A stretch of DNA of 64,000 nucleotides, from NCBI RefSeq assembly GCF_036321535.1, contig NC_087437.1:40612001-40676000 (forward strand), given 5' to 3'. The notes beneath the pieces were generated by a model, which made no database searches, was not told the DNA's origin, and saw only the letters and a list, made by a program, of their open reading frames with translations. Below, piece by piece: positions 39,488 to 52,916 of the stretch (its first letter is position 1; each line of letters starts with the position of its first letter). The stretch is from Camelus dromedarius. Its lineage: Eukaryota. The position numbers and the translations under genes are program-made.

Positions 39488-41587
39488 AGACTGTGTCCTT
39501 TAAGAATACAAGTTACATATTTGTGTTGAATTGGTGGTTAGGGATAACAATAGAACAAGGTTTGGTTTTATCTTGCCCTGTTTTTTCTTTTTTCTTTTTT
39601 TTTTAATTTCAAATCTGCGTGTCAGTGTTTCTCTATACAATGTACACAATGTAACTGCAACATCTTAAATGTTTGGCAGGACATTCATGCTCATGACATC
39701 ACATGCTGGGAGGACAGGGAGGCCACTGTAGGGTTGGCCCCGGGCAGAGGGAGCATCAGTGCTGCCATTGAGATGTCCCCACAAAAGAGTGTGTGACAGC
39801 CAGATGTGCAGCTTCAAGGAGACTGCACCAGAATTGTGGGTGGAACATTGGCACATGCTGCTTAGGACTTGAATAGCAGCTCTTGAGGAATCTATATTTC
39901 TCTACCTCACGCAGAACCTCAGAGCTCAGGCTTTGTGGCCCCGGGGCTGGGGGAGGGAGTGGAGACGGAGGGACTTGTCACTGCTCCATGCCCCATTGTT
40001 GAAACGAAAAAATAAGGAAATGTTAAGCTGTTTCTAGAGGACTGTGGAAGGTAAGAATTGCATATCCTTTACATCAAAATTACCTTCCAAATGGCAACGA
40101 GCACCCGGTGGTCACTGTCTGAGACTTTCTTTAATGAAAGTATTATGTTGAGTTGTATTCAGCTTTGCTGCTAAAACTGTAATGTGCATACAGATCACCT
40201 AAGGGTCTGGTTAAAATGCAGATTCTGGCTCAGCAGGTCGGGGGTGGGGCTTGGGACTCTGCATAGCTAACCAGCTCTCTCATACCTAACCATAGCTTTC
40301 AGGGGATGCTGATGCTGTTGGTCTGGACTCACATCTGAAATGGTATATGTTCATCAGAAAATTTGAACCCTGTGGAAAAAGACAATTTACAAGCTCTTAG
40401 AACTTTGGTCGTCTTAAAATGGGTTTTAGGAGCATCTGCTAAAATTATTTGTTCATTCACTGGTTCTTTTGTTAAGTAGTTAATTAAGCAAACATTTGAT
40501 GAACATTTGTTAGGTGCCAGCCACACACTAGCCACCAGATATAAATAAGGAGTGCAAAGTCAACCCAGCCCTCTGTTAACTCACAGCCTAGAGGTATAGT
40601 CAGGAACACCGTGAATAATGATGCCGTGAGTTTCTCATCATTGTCATCTTTAATCTACTCTGGAAACATATACCATGACAGAGAGGGAAAAGAAAATACC
40701 AACAGAAGCATATTAGTGCACTGATTAAAGATAAGAGCTTACGGATGTTTGATATATAAAGGCATCATGACCAGATCTCCTCCCAACTTGGCACCTTTTT
40801 TAAGAGTGTTGAAAGTCAGCCAATCCTGACTCCTTAAAGTCTGTCGATTTAATTCTGTGCAGCACAGTGAGGAAATGGCAGAAAAGGCTCCTCCAGGCTT
40901 CTGCACAATGCCCTGCTGACACCTTCTGCAGAGGAGCACCTTGTTTCTTAGAGCTGTAATTTAGTAGACGGTGTCAATACTCTCTTGTCTGAATGACTTA
41001 AAAACTCCCCCTGCAGGTGTCAGAGCTCAGCTTTTACTGTGATAGGTGCCACAGAAACAGCGTAGTCAGGTGACATCTGCATAAAAGGCACCGCCGGGTC
41101 CTGTGAGCAGAGGGAAGTGGGGACTTGCAGCAGTGACCCCCGTGCTGGGGATGGCAGATGGTCTGAGGGCGCTGAACTGTTCCTAAGAAAGATATGAAGA
41201 ATAATATTTCTTTTCTTAGTTCACCAAAAAACAAACAGTAAAAAACAAAAATCTAGGCATTCATTGAGTGACTGGTATAGACACACACATTCACACGAGT
41301 CATTTCATGGAATCCATTCCACGCACAGGCTTGGCCTGTATGGTGGTTCCTGTTCACAAAGCCTCAGGGACCCTGGCTTCTCCCAACTCACTGCTTTACC
41401 AACCCTGGGGGTGGGGGTGGGGCTCTTGAACTCATGGCCAAGATGGAAGCACCTACCTTGCAGGTGGAGAAAGGATCAAAGTAAAGGGGCAAAGGCTGAA
41501 GCTTTTGAAGCTGCCACAGGAATCTGTTTGCAGGAAGTCACAAAGCTACATGTAGCTGCCAGAGAGCCAGGGAAATATGGTCTTTAT

Positions 41588-42920
41588 CCAGGTTGGCTAC
41601 ATAATTTGCAGTGCCCAGTGTAAAATGAAAACATGTAGCTCCTTTTACAAAATACAGAAGTGTTAAAGGTACTTAAAGTGTAAAGCTTTCCCCCTTTTTT
41701 GTGATCTCTCTCTTGACTTGTCATGGTGTTTTTTCTGAGTAAAGAAAAATTAAAATTTTAAATTACTAGCATTTGAATTTTACCAGTCTTTCTATTGTGC
41801 AATGTCTGTTTTAAATGCAAATAAAAGAGCATGCCACTTTTATGTGGAAACACTGAAATTCCACACTTTGTACTTGGTAGCATGTACACATATTAGGATT
41901 TCTTATGAGAGCAGCAGAAACTTCCTACAAAGCTAACTCAATTATTTTTTATTTCACTTCTTGATATGCACACTTTCTGCCAACACTCTCTACCTTCAGC
42001 TTACCGATGAGGAAGGAAGGACTGAAAGAAATAGGAGCAATAAGTTGCCCTATCTTTCTCTTTCCTTCTATGTCATCATTTTCATTGTAAACACAGGTTG
42101 GTGAACACAGGAAGTTAACACAAGGACAATGTTCCTTGGTCATTCACGTGTCTTCAAGCTCCATTGCCTTTGTTTTCTATTAGAAGAAAGTTGTGGTTTG
42201 AATGGTAAGTGTGGCCTCTGGGGACTGTCAGTGCACTGTTTACTCCTTTTCAGCCTGTGCAGGCTGCTACAACAAATACCACAGACTGGGAGCTTATAAA
42301 CAACAGAAATCTATTTCTCACAGTTCTGGGACATCCAAGATCAAGGCACCAGCATGGTCACCTTCTGATGAGGACCCTCTTCCTGGTTCAGAGCTGGCGC
42401 CCTCTTCGTGTGTCCTCACATGGTGGAGGGCGCTCTGTGGGGCCCTTTATAAAAGCACTAATTCCATATCTGAGGGCTCCATTCTCATGACCTAAGCACC
42501 TCCCAAAGGCCCTACCTCCTAATACCGTCCGTTGTGGGAGCTGGGATTTCAACATATAAATTTTGGGGAAACACAAACATTCACCATGAAACTCATAACA
42601 CACACTTGACTCTGAACTTGCTTTGAGTCCTCCTGACTCCTGTGTACTGTGGCCCACCGGAACCCTATGCTCTCAGGGCATCGTGAGCACCATGTGCAGA
42701 TAAGGTGGCAAGAAATGGTGAACACGTGCATCACACGTATGTTCTTTGCTCACCACACGCTCCACTGTCCCATCAGACTTCACTTACAAAACACAGGTTT
42801 CATGATAAAATTATGAAGAATCCAAGATGCCAACAGCAGAGAATTAAACCAAGTGCAGGGTCCTTCTGCTTGTGGGGCCTGTGAGGCTATATAGGTCGCA
42901 TGTCCATGAGGCTGGCCCTG
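41588..42920 (-). mobile_element. MER45-family (hAT-Tip100) element containing a nested MLT1A-like LTR at ~42237-42600
   Basis: Ends ccaggttggctacataatttgcagtgcccagtgtaaaatgaaa and ggtcgcatgtccatgaggctggccctg; 8-bp flanks gtctttat (41580-41587) / gcctttat (42921-42928). Confidence 0.75.
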
Positions 42921-42974
42921 GCCTTTATTCTATCTGGCTCTGTGCCTGGCTAAAATTTTGATGAAGTCTGAGTC

Positions 42975-43266
42975 TGGAGTCTGAGGAGGACTCTTCCTGG
43001 TTTGCAGAGGGCTGCCTTCTGGCTGTGTCCTCACTTGGTCAGGGTTGGCGGGGGTTGAGGAGAGACAGAGCATGAAAAAGCGAGAGTGTGCTGTAGTCTT
43101 TCTTCTTAAAAGGATACAAATTCCATCGTGGGGGCTCTCCCCTCATGACCTCATTTAAACCTAATTACCTTCTAAAAGGCTCACCTCCAAATACCATCAC
43201 ACTGAGGATTAGGGCTTCAGCAGATGAATTTTGGGGAGCACACATTCAGTCCATTCAGCTACCAGC
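42975..43266. mobile_element. MLT1A/B-like LTR fragment
   Basis: ctcttcctggtttgcag...ctcatgacctcatttaaacctaattacc...ccatcacactgaggattagggcttcagca...cattcagtccat. Confidence 0.75.
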
Positions 43267-43508
43267 ATCATTCTTTTTTCTGTGGAGAAACTGGGGCTCA
43301 GGGAGATAAGGTAATGAGTCTAGGCCCCAGAGCTAGTAAGTATCAAGGTTGGGATTTGAACCCATCTCTTCCAGTGCTGAGGCCGGTTCTCATACTGCTA
43401 CAGCATACTTTGAATTTATGAAACAAAACCAAATTATGTTTAACAAAATACGGTAGAATCAAAATGTCAAAATTAAGCATCTTTCTTATAGGGTATTAAA
43501 GAGAAGCA

Positions 43509-43656
43509 GGGTGAGGGTATAGCTCAAAGTGGTAGAGTGCGTGCTTAGCATGCACGAGGTCCTGGGTTCAATCCTCAGTACTTCCTCTAAAAAAAGTAAA
43601 TAAATGGGTAAAGTTAATTACCTCCCTCCCCACCTCAAAAAAAAAAAAAAAAAAAA
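43509..43656 (+). mobile_element. tRNA-Ala-derived SINE (Vic-1-like) with A20 tail
   Basis: gggtatagctcaaagtggtagagtgcgtgcttagcatgcacgaggtcctgggttcaatc, then ttaattacctccc and poly(A). Confidence 0.92.
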
Positions 43657-45859
43657 GGAGACACATTCATTTTACTTAAAATTGTAACATAGAGTGCACC
43701 ATACATGTATTTGTTCATTTAATTTTTACAGCAACTTCATGAGTTAAGGGCTATCATATGCCCATTTTATGGATGCAAAAACAGAGGCACAGAGTGGTTA
43801 AGCATATTGTCTAAGGTTCCATAGCCTTGCAAGTCTGACTGTAAACCTGAAGTATTACCCACCACTCTAGCTCTCAAGAGGAATTTATTCCCTAAGAAAG
43901 TGGAATGAATTACCATGGAAAGCCATTTAATGAAAGGACAGATTCAAAATTAGCGTAAGTTTCTTTAACATAAATATTCTCCCAATTGAAGATGTTGGTT
44001 TAGGGGTAGGTTTAAATTCTGGACCTGCTAGTCTTCAAAACAAACGTTCTTAGAAAGGGATCCTTTATCTGTGGTCAGTTGGAAAATAAAGGGAACTCAG
44101 GCTTCTCTATGGTACAAAGGCTATTGAATATTTCTACCTCTGGAAAGAGGAAGTGTAGACTCATATTCTCCACTACTCCACAAATGGATTTTCAGGAAAT
44201 AAGGGAAATTAGCTACCAAAGGGAGTAAACTCTCTTGTAGGCTTTGAAGTCCTAATGAATGACAGCGCTCATAATCTGCATGTAAAAAGCAAAGCTCAGA
44301 GGGGCACCTTTTACTAGGAATGGGCCACTGTGGTCACTGCTTGTTAGCAGTTCCACCATTAAGGGGGTGAGGGGACAGCGTCCAGACTGTGGGTTTGGTT
44401 TGCAACAAAGGCCGAGATGAGTGAGTAAACCATGTTTTTAGCAAAGAAATCATTGGACTGGAAAACCTTCAAAATATCAATCATTCAATAAGGCCTCCTT
44501 AGGAAAACAAAGCTGTGATTTTGGCACAGAGCTTCTTTGAAGTTAACTAGTTTGGGCTTAAAATTTGAAAATAAAATAAAAAAGAGCACTGTAGGTTAGG
44601 AGGTCTTTCTGAGTTACTTTCAATCCCAAAAGGCCCCTCGAAGGGAAGTAGGGCCTTGATTTTGTTTTAAAAAGTCTATCTGGATGGGAAAGGGAGAAGC
44701 AGGGTTCTGATTTCTTAGTCAGATCCTTTCTTCACCAGCCCAAGGACAGCGGGCAGTGCCAAGACCTGGGAAGCTGTCAAAGACTCCTTCTGTGTAACAG
44801 AATTTGGAATTTAGTTCTGATGTCATGACAAGAACGAAAGAAACTTGCTCTGTGTCAGGTGTTGTCACTGCAGCGCCCTGAGGACAGAGGAATGGGATTT
44901 GAGTCCTTGAGGTCTGTCTCCAGAGCCTGGAAGTTTCCCAAAGCAAACTTAATTTTATTTAATAACCCTTTAGAGAGTAATTCTCCCCAAGTGTGTCTGA
45001 ACCCTCCTTGAACCCATTTATGCTTCGGTGAGCACTGTCACTTGGAGTTAACATTGTTCCATATGTTTACCACCCAGGGTGAAATGACTTATTGCTTTTA
45101 TTTGTCCTCAAATTGTCTCTGGTAAGGCTGTTGCTTTATCTCATCAAGGGTTCCTTTGGTCACCACTAAGTTTGCTCATCTCCTCCCATAGGTCGAAAAA
45201 CTGATCTCAGCGCCGGAGAAGGAGCAGCTTTTGAGATGCAAGCTTGGGGAGAAAGACAGGGGAAGCACTCTGCAGCTACCGAAGACCTGGGCACTGCAAC
45301 TAGTGAACTAGCTTCACTTGCATCCATCTTCTAATCTGTTAAACAAAAGCTCCACAGAGTTTGAGAGAAGACAACGAAGCATGTTTCAATCTCATTTTCA
45401 AAACACGACATTGCTACATAATGATAAGTGATAAAACTGCCTCTAATTTCCCTCTATGTTCTTTTCACTAACTGGCTGAGTATTTTCTGGAAAACAGAAT
45501 TTCATCATATTCATGAATTCAAATTAGTGTGTTCTTAGGAAAGGTACTAACACGTGCCTTTGTCTGGTCAAGTGAATTCATTAAATAATGAGATCTTAAG
45601 AGTTTGCCAGAAAATGCCACTTAACTTCAATGTCTAATTTCTCTCCCATACATTTTCTTAGCTAGATATATAGTTTCCCATTCTTATCTGTTATTCAGTG
45701 CTGCAGTTTATATTCTAGTCTACTCAGTGCTATAGTTTAAATTGTAGGACACCAAAATTTTTAGAGAGGATTTCTCTCCTTTTGATTATTACAAAATAAA
45801 CAGACCATGCCTACCTAAAAGTTTTCCCCCCCCTTTTTATGTCTTTTTCACATACTGTG

Positions 45860-46850
45860 CACAGGATCCATGGACACTTTTTATATCTCTGCTATTAAAT
45901 CTTATTAGAAGATTTTCGTTCTGCAAACTTTAATTAACTCTTTCTCCTATTTCTAGGTATACCTGTGTATGTTTATTTACTTACCTCTATAGATGAGTAA
46001 TGGTATTATTGTATTATGTGCAGTATAAAATGTACAAAAAATTAAAAGAATGGGGAAAATGAAATAACATTTTAATTTTATTTCATATTTTTTAATGATA
46101 CAAACTCTTCTCTTTATATTAGTAATAATGTAATCATGAGAGCAATGAGCTTGAACCTACTTCATTATTTAACACTGAGATAAAAGCATTCAGAAGTCTG
46201 ATTCTTAGTTCAGTTAATTTCACTATTTGGTTTTAATAGCTACTTTGGCTGGAAAAATGTACCTTACAGAAATGCATAGAACCATCACTGACTACCTTCT
46301 TCAATCAATATACTCTTGTGTCAATCTCCTCCACCAATTTTGCAAAGATTTGTATTAAAATTTGGCAATTCTCCAACTTCCTTGGTGACTTTCAGTTGTT
46401 TTTTCAAACTAATCAGGTCAATTTTCTTTTTACTTCTAAAAAATTGTTTCAAGACCCATAGAGACTCTTTGTAAAATTTCTTAATCAGATTTAAAAATGA
46501 AAAATTTTCTGTATGTACAGTAGAACTTTTTATAGTTGATACATATTATTTTTGGTAAGAAAATCACATAAGTGAACAAACATCTGTTTTCAAAATGATC
46601 TCTCCATTGCACTAATTTTCTTCAAAAAATAGTTGCTTTTTCATGAATTGTTATAAGATCATAGATTAGCAGTGTTTATTGAAAATTCTTGCTAGACAGC
46701 AAACTTTTGTCCTTTTGGCTTCACTATTTTTGCTGTGATGGTTTTTTGGATTTCTTTGTAGGAATCTTTTAAAATGACTAGCTCTTTTTGTGTGGTTAGT
46801 TTGATAAAAACAGATAAATCCACTTAAATGGGTATTGGTACCATATAAAA
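45860..46850 (-). mobile_element. Fossil hAT (Charlie/Buster-type) transposon with decayed transposase C-terminus
   Basis: Minus strand 46240->46187 reads A I K T K * * N * L N * E S D F * M, and near 46155->46135 V Q A H C S H. Boundaries rough. Confidence 0.65.
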
Positions 46851-49800
46851 TATTGCAACTTAAACAAAATAGCAAAGGTGGTGAGGGTGGTGCCGTTTAC
46901 CTCTCCTCATTGAAGAGGATGCTCTGTCTCCAGGAGCTCTTGAAGACCCAGATGCCCAGTAGTCCCTCAGAGGGATGCCTGCTGAATATGTGGCTCAGCA
47001 GCATCCATAGTAAACTTCATAGTGTAATACAAACCAAATTATGCTTCATATTTAACACACCGAACATATTGTATGTTAATATATAAATGACACATTATAA
47101 TATATTATAACAACATATTATAATATATTGTTATTAACATCTAATAATATGTTAATATTATATAATGCTATATTGATATACTGCTTAATTTTCTTCTTAA
47201 TTTTTAGATTAAAATATTTCTAATATTTTCTTTTTACTCTTTTTGGGGGCTTCTGCTCTATAGCAGGAGAGAGACATAAACAATTGGATTCAACATGTAA
47301 AATGCTACGTACACAAAAAAAGAATATTAGGGGAACATGTGGTGGGGGAGGAGAGAGTTGGGCAGAGGTTAAATTCAGGAAATTCAGAGGGGAGATACAT
47401 TTGAGACGAGCTGGAAGGACGAATGGGAGTTTGCTGAGTGAAGAAGGGGTGAAGGGCATTCAAAGATACACAAGGGAACAAGAGAGTGTGCCCAGGAAAC
47501 ACTGAGGAGTCTGTTGGGGTCCAAACACTGGACGCCTGGGGGTGAGTTAGACATGAGACCAGGGAGATGGAGCAGGTGCAGGCTGTGAAGGGCTTTGATC
47601 TGTTGGCCAGTGGGAGCCACTGGAGATTTTAAGTAGCAGAATGACCTTAGCGAAGGATGGATTTCATTTCTAAATCATGAACAATATGTATATTTTGAAA
47701 ATAATTACATTTTTGGCAGGTTTGTGTGAAATTCTGTTTAACCTGATTTAACAAATAATTATTGACCATATTCTGTGTGACAGACAGTATCCCCAAGGCC
47801 ACACGAATGTATGTTGGCACATATTTTACTCGATAGAAGGATTAAGCTGAATATTTGCAATTAAATACACAAATATCTTCATTAATCCTTTAGCATTGTG
47901 ATGTCTTTTCAACATCCTTGTCATCTGGAACGAGTTAACACTAGCACTTAATACTTAACAATACGTATGTGAGCCAAGTATCCAAGCTTATAAACTCCAC
48001 TTGAGCATGGATTCCTTTTGCAGAAGGAATATAAAAATCCTAAATTTGTAAGTGCCAGTGCAGTGAGAGAAGTCTGTGGTATGGCTTTGAGAGGGCACCT
48101 TCTATTATTTGTGTCATTGCTTGTGGGGAGGTGCCAGGGTGCCTTCTTGGTTTGCCATTTAGGACATGACAGATAATTTAAAGGGCCCATATATCATAGG
48201 AAATAAACATTAATTACATTTTATTTTTGAAAATAAAAGTAAAATATATTTTGAAGAACGTTTGGAAAAAATAGAAAAGTGTGAAGAAGAAAATGCAACA
48301 CTACCCCAAATCAGACTTCTTAGAGGTAACAATGGTTAATAATTTATACAATCTCCTAAATATTTCTCTATGTGCATATATCAAATATATGCATTTGCTA
48401 AACTAAAGACATATATAATCTCTACATCTGGCTTTAAAAATGTAATATAATTAATGAAGATTCTCATGTCATGAAACATTCTTTGAAGACATTTTTATAT
48501 GGCTGTACAGTGTTGAATTCTAAAGTTACACTGTAATTTATTTAAACAACCTCAAGTTTGGGACATTAGATTAATTCCATTTTGAGGGTTTTTTTTTTCT
48601 GTGTAATTATAGAGACTTTTTTGGCATAAATGTTTGACCATATCTTTGATTGTTTATTTTCTTAGGATCAATTTCTCAAAGGGATTCCAAGGATCTGAAA
48701 TCTGTCAGGGAGGTGAACAGTTGAATCTTTAAATAGAGTGATTGAAATTGTTCTCCACTTTGGCAAAAGTATAGGGAGGGCCTCTGGATGATGAGAGAAG
48801 ACTTAACTTCTGTTCATCCATTCTTTCAACAAATATTCATTGAAAGCCTCCTGCATCTCATGGGTGCCAAGGTGCAGCAGGAAGCAGGAGAGATGTGTTC
48901 ACTGCCCTCATGGCAGTGCACTGGAAAGTTAGAAATCACGGGTCATCTTCTTGTTTACAGATGAGAAAACAGGGGAAGAGGTCTGCACATGTTTACACAG
49001 CCAGTGTAGAGCCCGGGTTTACCTAGCCTGTGGAAAGCCAGGGTTGGAATACAGGTTTCTCTCTTGCACCCCACTGTCCAACCCTCTTTGCACCTCACCA
49101 GCCATATCTCCCCTCAGAGCGATCTTGAGGGCATCAGCTCAGGGCTGGTTTATGGCATCTTCTGCCCTTGCTATATTTAGATCTAACTCTTGGCAAGGTT
49201 GCAAAGTGAATGGGGCCAAGTGTGTCTTTGGGGCCCTGACCTCTCCCTTCTGTGCCATTTCCGCTCCTGTAGTCCCCCAACCCTCTCTCAGGCACCCAGA
49301 GACCTCATAACTTTCTCATGACTTGTGAAAACCTGCTTTCTGGGAAGGAACTGGTATCAGTCATTCATATCTCAATGTCAGTAAGTTAAGACACTATGTT
49401 CCTTCTTCCAAGGGGAGTTAATTGTGAAGGCATTCAAAGATCTTTCTTATTGAGGAATGCCAGACTTTGTTTCTAGTGGAGGCATTTGGGTGTCAGGGAG
49501 CAGATAGGACAGAAGTGACCTTCCTCTGCTGGTCCTTAAGGCTCACAGCACATCTTCCCATACCCTCTCCACCACGATTAGTTAGCCCAATCCTCACCTT
49601 CTTAACCACAAGATTGACAAGCCTGGGTGAGAGATTTGAGGACGTTGTATCTGCACCTTGAACTTATTTCCAATACGTTAAAGGGGCTGCTTTGGATACA
49701 GAGCTTTGTAGAACAGGGAAACCCCATTGCTAGGAAACTCCCTTCCCCCTCCCCACCTGCCCTGAGGAGTGTCTCCGCTAGGAAGGAAATTCAATTACAG

Positions 49801-50439
49801 TCTTCCAGTCACCAGAATTGAATTTGGATGGACTATTTCCTCTTTGGATTCTGTTCCAAATTGTATTCCCGTTGCTGTTTTTGAAGTTAATTAGAGTCAC
49901 AAATCATTTGTATTTCCCTTCTCTGAAGGAAAGCCTGACACAGTACTTATCTCATCCAGTTAATTGACTTCCAGAGGGCTCATTCCTTCTTGAAAACACT
50001 CTAAATGGCTCTGATGGGTAAGCATCAGGCTTACACATATTTGTAATAAAAGCTTGGAGAATTCAAATTTCTAGGTCACAGAAATGGGGGCATGCAGTTT
50101 TTTCTCTGAGCCTCATAGTTTAGAATCTTTCCTGATTTGATTGAGGCCATTGTGAGAATGGAAGGAAACTATCCTCAGGTAGATGCATGTGGGCTAAGGA
50201 GAGGAAGGGAACTTGACACAGAAAGGACTCTCAGTGAACTGCTGATTGTTAGAAATTAAACATGGAAGAGCTGTCAATTTAATGCTTGGCATATGGGGAT
50301 TCCTTAAACTTCAAATGGGATATTTAGTTTTTAAAATAATTTTGAGTTACAGCTTAAGGAGAGGATGCCTCTAAAACAGCTTTGATACCCTGAATAATCT
50401 TTTAATTTTTGGGGCCAATTTTTAGAATTATGGGAATAC

Positions 50440-52090
50440 ATATATAACATAAAATTTACTGTATTAGGCATTTTTAAGAGTACAGTTCAGTGGTATTAAG
50501 TTCATTTATATTGTTGTGCAGCCATCATCACCATCTTCTCCCAAACTCTTTTTTTTTAAACATCTTTTATTGAGTTATAGTCATTTTATAATGTTGTGTC
50601 AAATTCCAACATAGAGCACAATTTTTCAGTTATACATGAACATACATATATTCATTGTCACATTTTTTTTTGCTGTGAGCTACCACAAGATTTTGTATAT
50701 ATTTCCCTGTGCTATACAGTGTGATCTTGTTTATCTATTCTGCATATGTCTGTCAGTATCTACAAATTTTGAAATCCCAGTCTGTTCCTTCCCACTCGCC
50801 GCCCCTTTGGCAACCACAAGTTTGTATTCTATGTCTATGAGTCTGTTTCTGTTTTGTATTTATACTCTTTTTTTTTTTTTTTTTTTAGATTCCACATATG
50901 AGCGATCTCATATGGTATTTTTCTCTCTTTCTGGCTTACTTCACTTAGAATGACATTCTCCAGGGACATTCATGTTGCTGCAAATGGCGTTATGTTGTCG
51001 GTTTTTATGGCTGAGTAGTATTCCATTGTATAAATATACCACATCTTCTTTATCCAGTCATCTGTTGATGGACATTTAGGCTGTTTCCATGTCTTGGCTA
51101 TTGTAAATAGTGCTGCTATGAACACTGAGGTGCAGGTGTCTTTTTGAAGTAGGGTTCCTTCTGGATATATGCCCAGGAGCGGGATTCCTGGGTTATATGG
51201 TAAGTCTATTCCTAGTCTTTTGAGGAATCTCCATACTGTTTTCCACAGTGGCTGCACCAAACTGCATTTCCAGCAGCAGTGTAGGAAGGTTCCCTTTTCT
51301 CCACAGCCTCTCCAGCATTTGTCATTTGTGGACTTTTGAATGATGGCCATTCTGACTGGTGTGAGATGATCTTCATCATAGTTTTGATTTGCATTTCTCT
51401 GATAATTAGTGATATTGAGCATTTTTTCATGTGCCTATTGATCATTTGTATTTCTTCCTTGGAGAATCCCAAACTCTTTTCATCTTGCAGAATGGAAATT
51501 CCATATCCATTAAACATCTCTGTACTTGCCCCTCCCCCCCAGCCCTTGGCAACCAAATCACCATTCTTTTTTTTTTAAATAACATTTTTTATTGAGTTAT
51601 AGTCATTTTATAATGTTGTGCCACCAAACCACCATTCTTACTGTCTATGATTTTAACTATTTTAGGTGCCTTATGTAAGTGGACTCATATAGTATTTGTC
51701 TTTTTGTGATTGGCTTATTTCACTTAGCATAATGTCCTCAAAACTCATCCATGTTGTTGCATGTGTCAAATTATATTCCTTTTTATGGTTGAATAATATT
51801 CCATTGTATGTGTAGACCACATTTTCTTTATCCACTCACTGATGGACACTTGGGTTCCTTCCATGTTTTAGCCATGGTGAATAATGCTGCTATGAATAAA
51901 TACCTCTGAGACCCTGTTTTCAGTATTTTTGGATATATGCCTAAAAGTGGAATTGCTGGATCATATGGTAGTTCTATCTTTAATTTTTTGAGGAATTGCC
52001 AAGTTGTTTTCCACAGTGGCTGCATCCTTTTACAGTGCACAAGGGTTCCAGTTTCTCCATATAGTCACCAGTACTTGTTATTAAACAACT
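50440..52090 (-). mobile_element. Old L1M 3' region hosting two younger L1 insertions
   Basis: L1 3' text at 50440-50540 and 51480-52090; minus ORF 51828..2040 region ([29 protein letters not shown], 51828-52040) is the ORF2 C-terminus. Confidence 0.88.
50553..51466 (-). mobile_element. Younger 5'-truncated L1 (ORF2 C-terminus, 3' UTR, polyA)
   Basis: ORF 50970..51422 [10 protein letters not shown]...[10 protein letters not shown]...[11 protein letters not shown]...[10 protein letters not shown]; perfect 14-bp TSD tcccaaactctttt at 50539-50552 and 51467-51480. Confidence 0.95.
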
Positions 52091-52492
52091 TTTTAACTTC
52101 AAGACCCATGTGATGAGGTTGTATTTTGGAATAGTAATCCAATTATTTTTGATCCTGATAATTGCCAGTTCCATGTTGTCCTGTGACTCTTCTTGGAGAC
52201 TGTTCGTAAACAGGCAAATGGGCAACCCTCCTACCAGTAAGATTAAATTAAAAGGCTTACTGCCCCCAGGAAGGAAGATAATATGTAAGGGAATCCTTGT
52301 TAGACTGAAAGAAGAGTGGAAAGTCAGCCCATGCTGGTCCTGCTGGATGGCGGGGAGAGGGGGAACAGAGGTAAGAGGGAGAGGGAAAAGTACTTGTCCA
52401 GGTTACCCCTACACCCTCCGTGGGTGAGGATGTGATAAGAGTGAGAACACGAAATATTGGGTTATGGTTATACTTAGCCGGAAAGGATATAA

Positions 52493-52916
52493 GCCGTGGT
52501 GTGCTTATAAATGTTTAACAGACAGCTCTCTGGGATAAAAAACAACCAACCAACTCTTATTTTGCAGCATTTTGCAATTCGCATGGTGTAAATACTCCCA
52601 CCATGACTGATTTCAAGCTACCAATGCAAACTCACTGAACATGGAGTTGGGAAGAGATGTGTCATAGCACATGATCACGTAGCATTTCCCCAGACAGATG
52701 TAACAGTGGTAAATAACCTCAGGAGCAGAGACAACAGTTACAGGTAGTAAAATAGTTACTTCTGAGTATTCATTACCTTTGTTTCCAATATAACTAAGTT
52801 TAAGAAGTTAAGTTTATAGAAGTTAAGTTTTAATAATGGTTGTGTTCAGCAGCTGACTCCCAAAAGTCATGAAAAGCTGACAACCATTCTCATGAGCTGG
52901 CTGCCGCACACCACCG
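52493..52916. mobile_element. MER63-like hAT-Blackjack element
   Basis: Inverted ends ccgtggtgtgc / gcacaccaccgg; internal taaatgtttaaca and ggtgtaaatactcccaccatg...gatttcaagctacc. Confidence 0.75.

Noticed and set aside
43509..43590. Apparent tRNA-Ala(AGC) gene with intact anticodon arm cgtgc-ttagcat-gcacg
   Set aside because: It continues into the SINE body and poly(A) tail, the acceptor stem is degraded, and three related copies lie in the window, two with clear TSDs. It is a SINE, not a tRNA gene.
47080..47180. AT-rich palindromes, including ttataatatattataa at 47095-47110
   Set aside because: Low-complexity TA-rich sequence in which palindromes are expected by chance.
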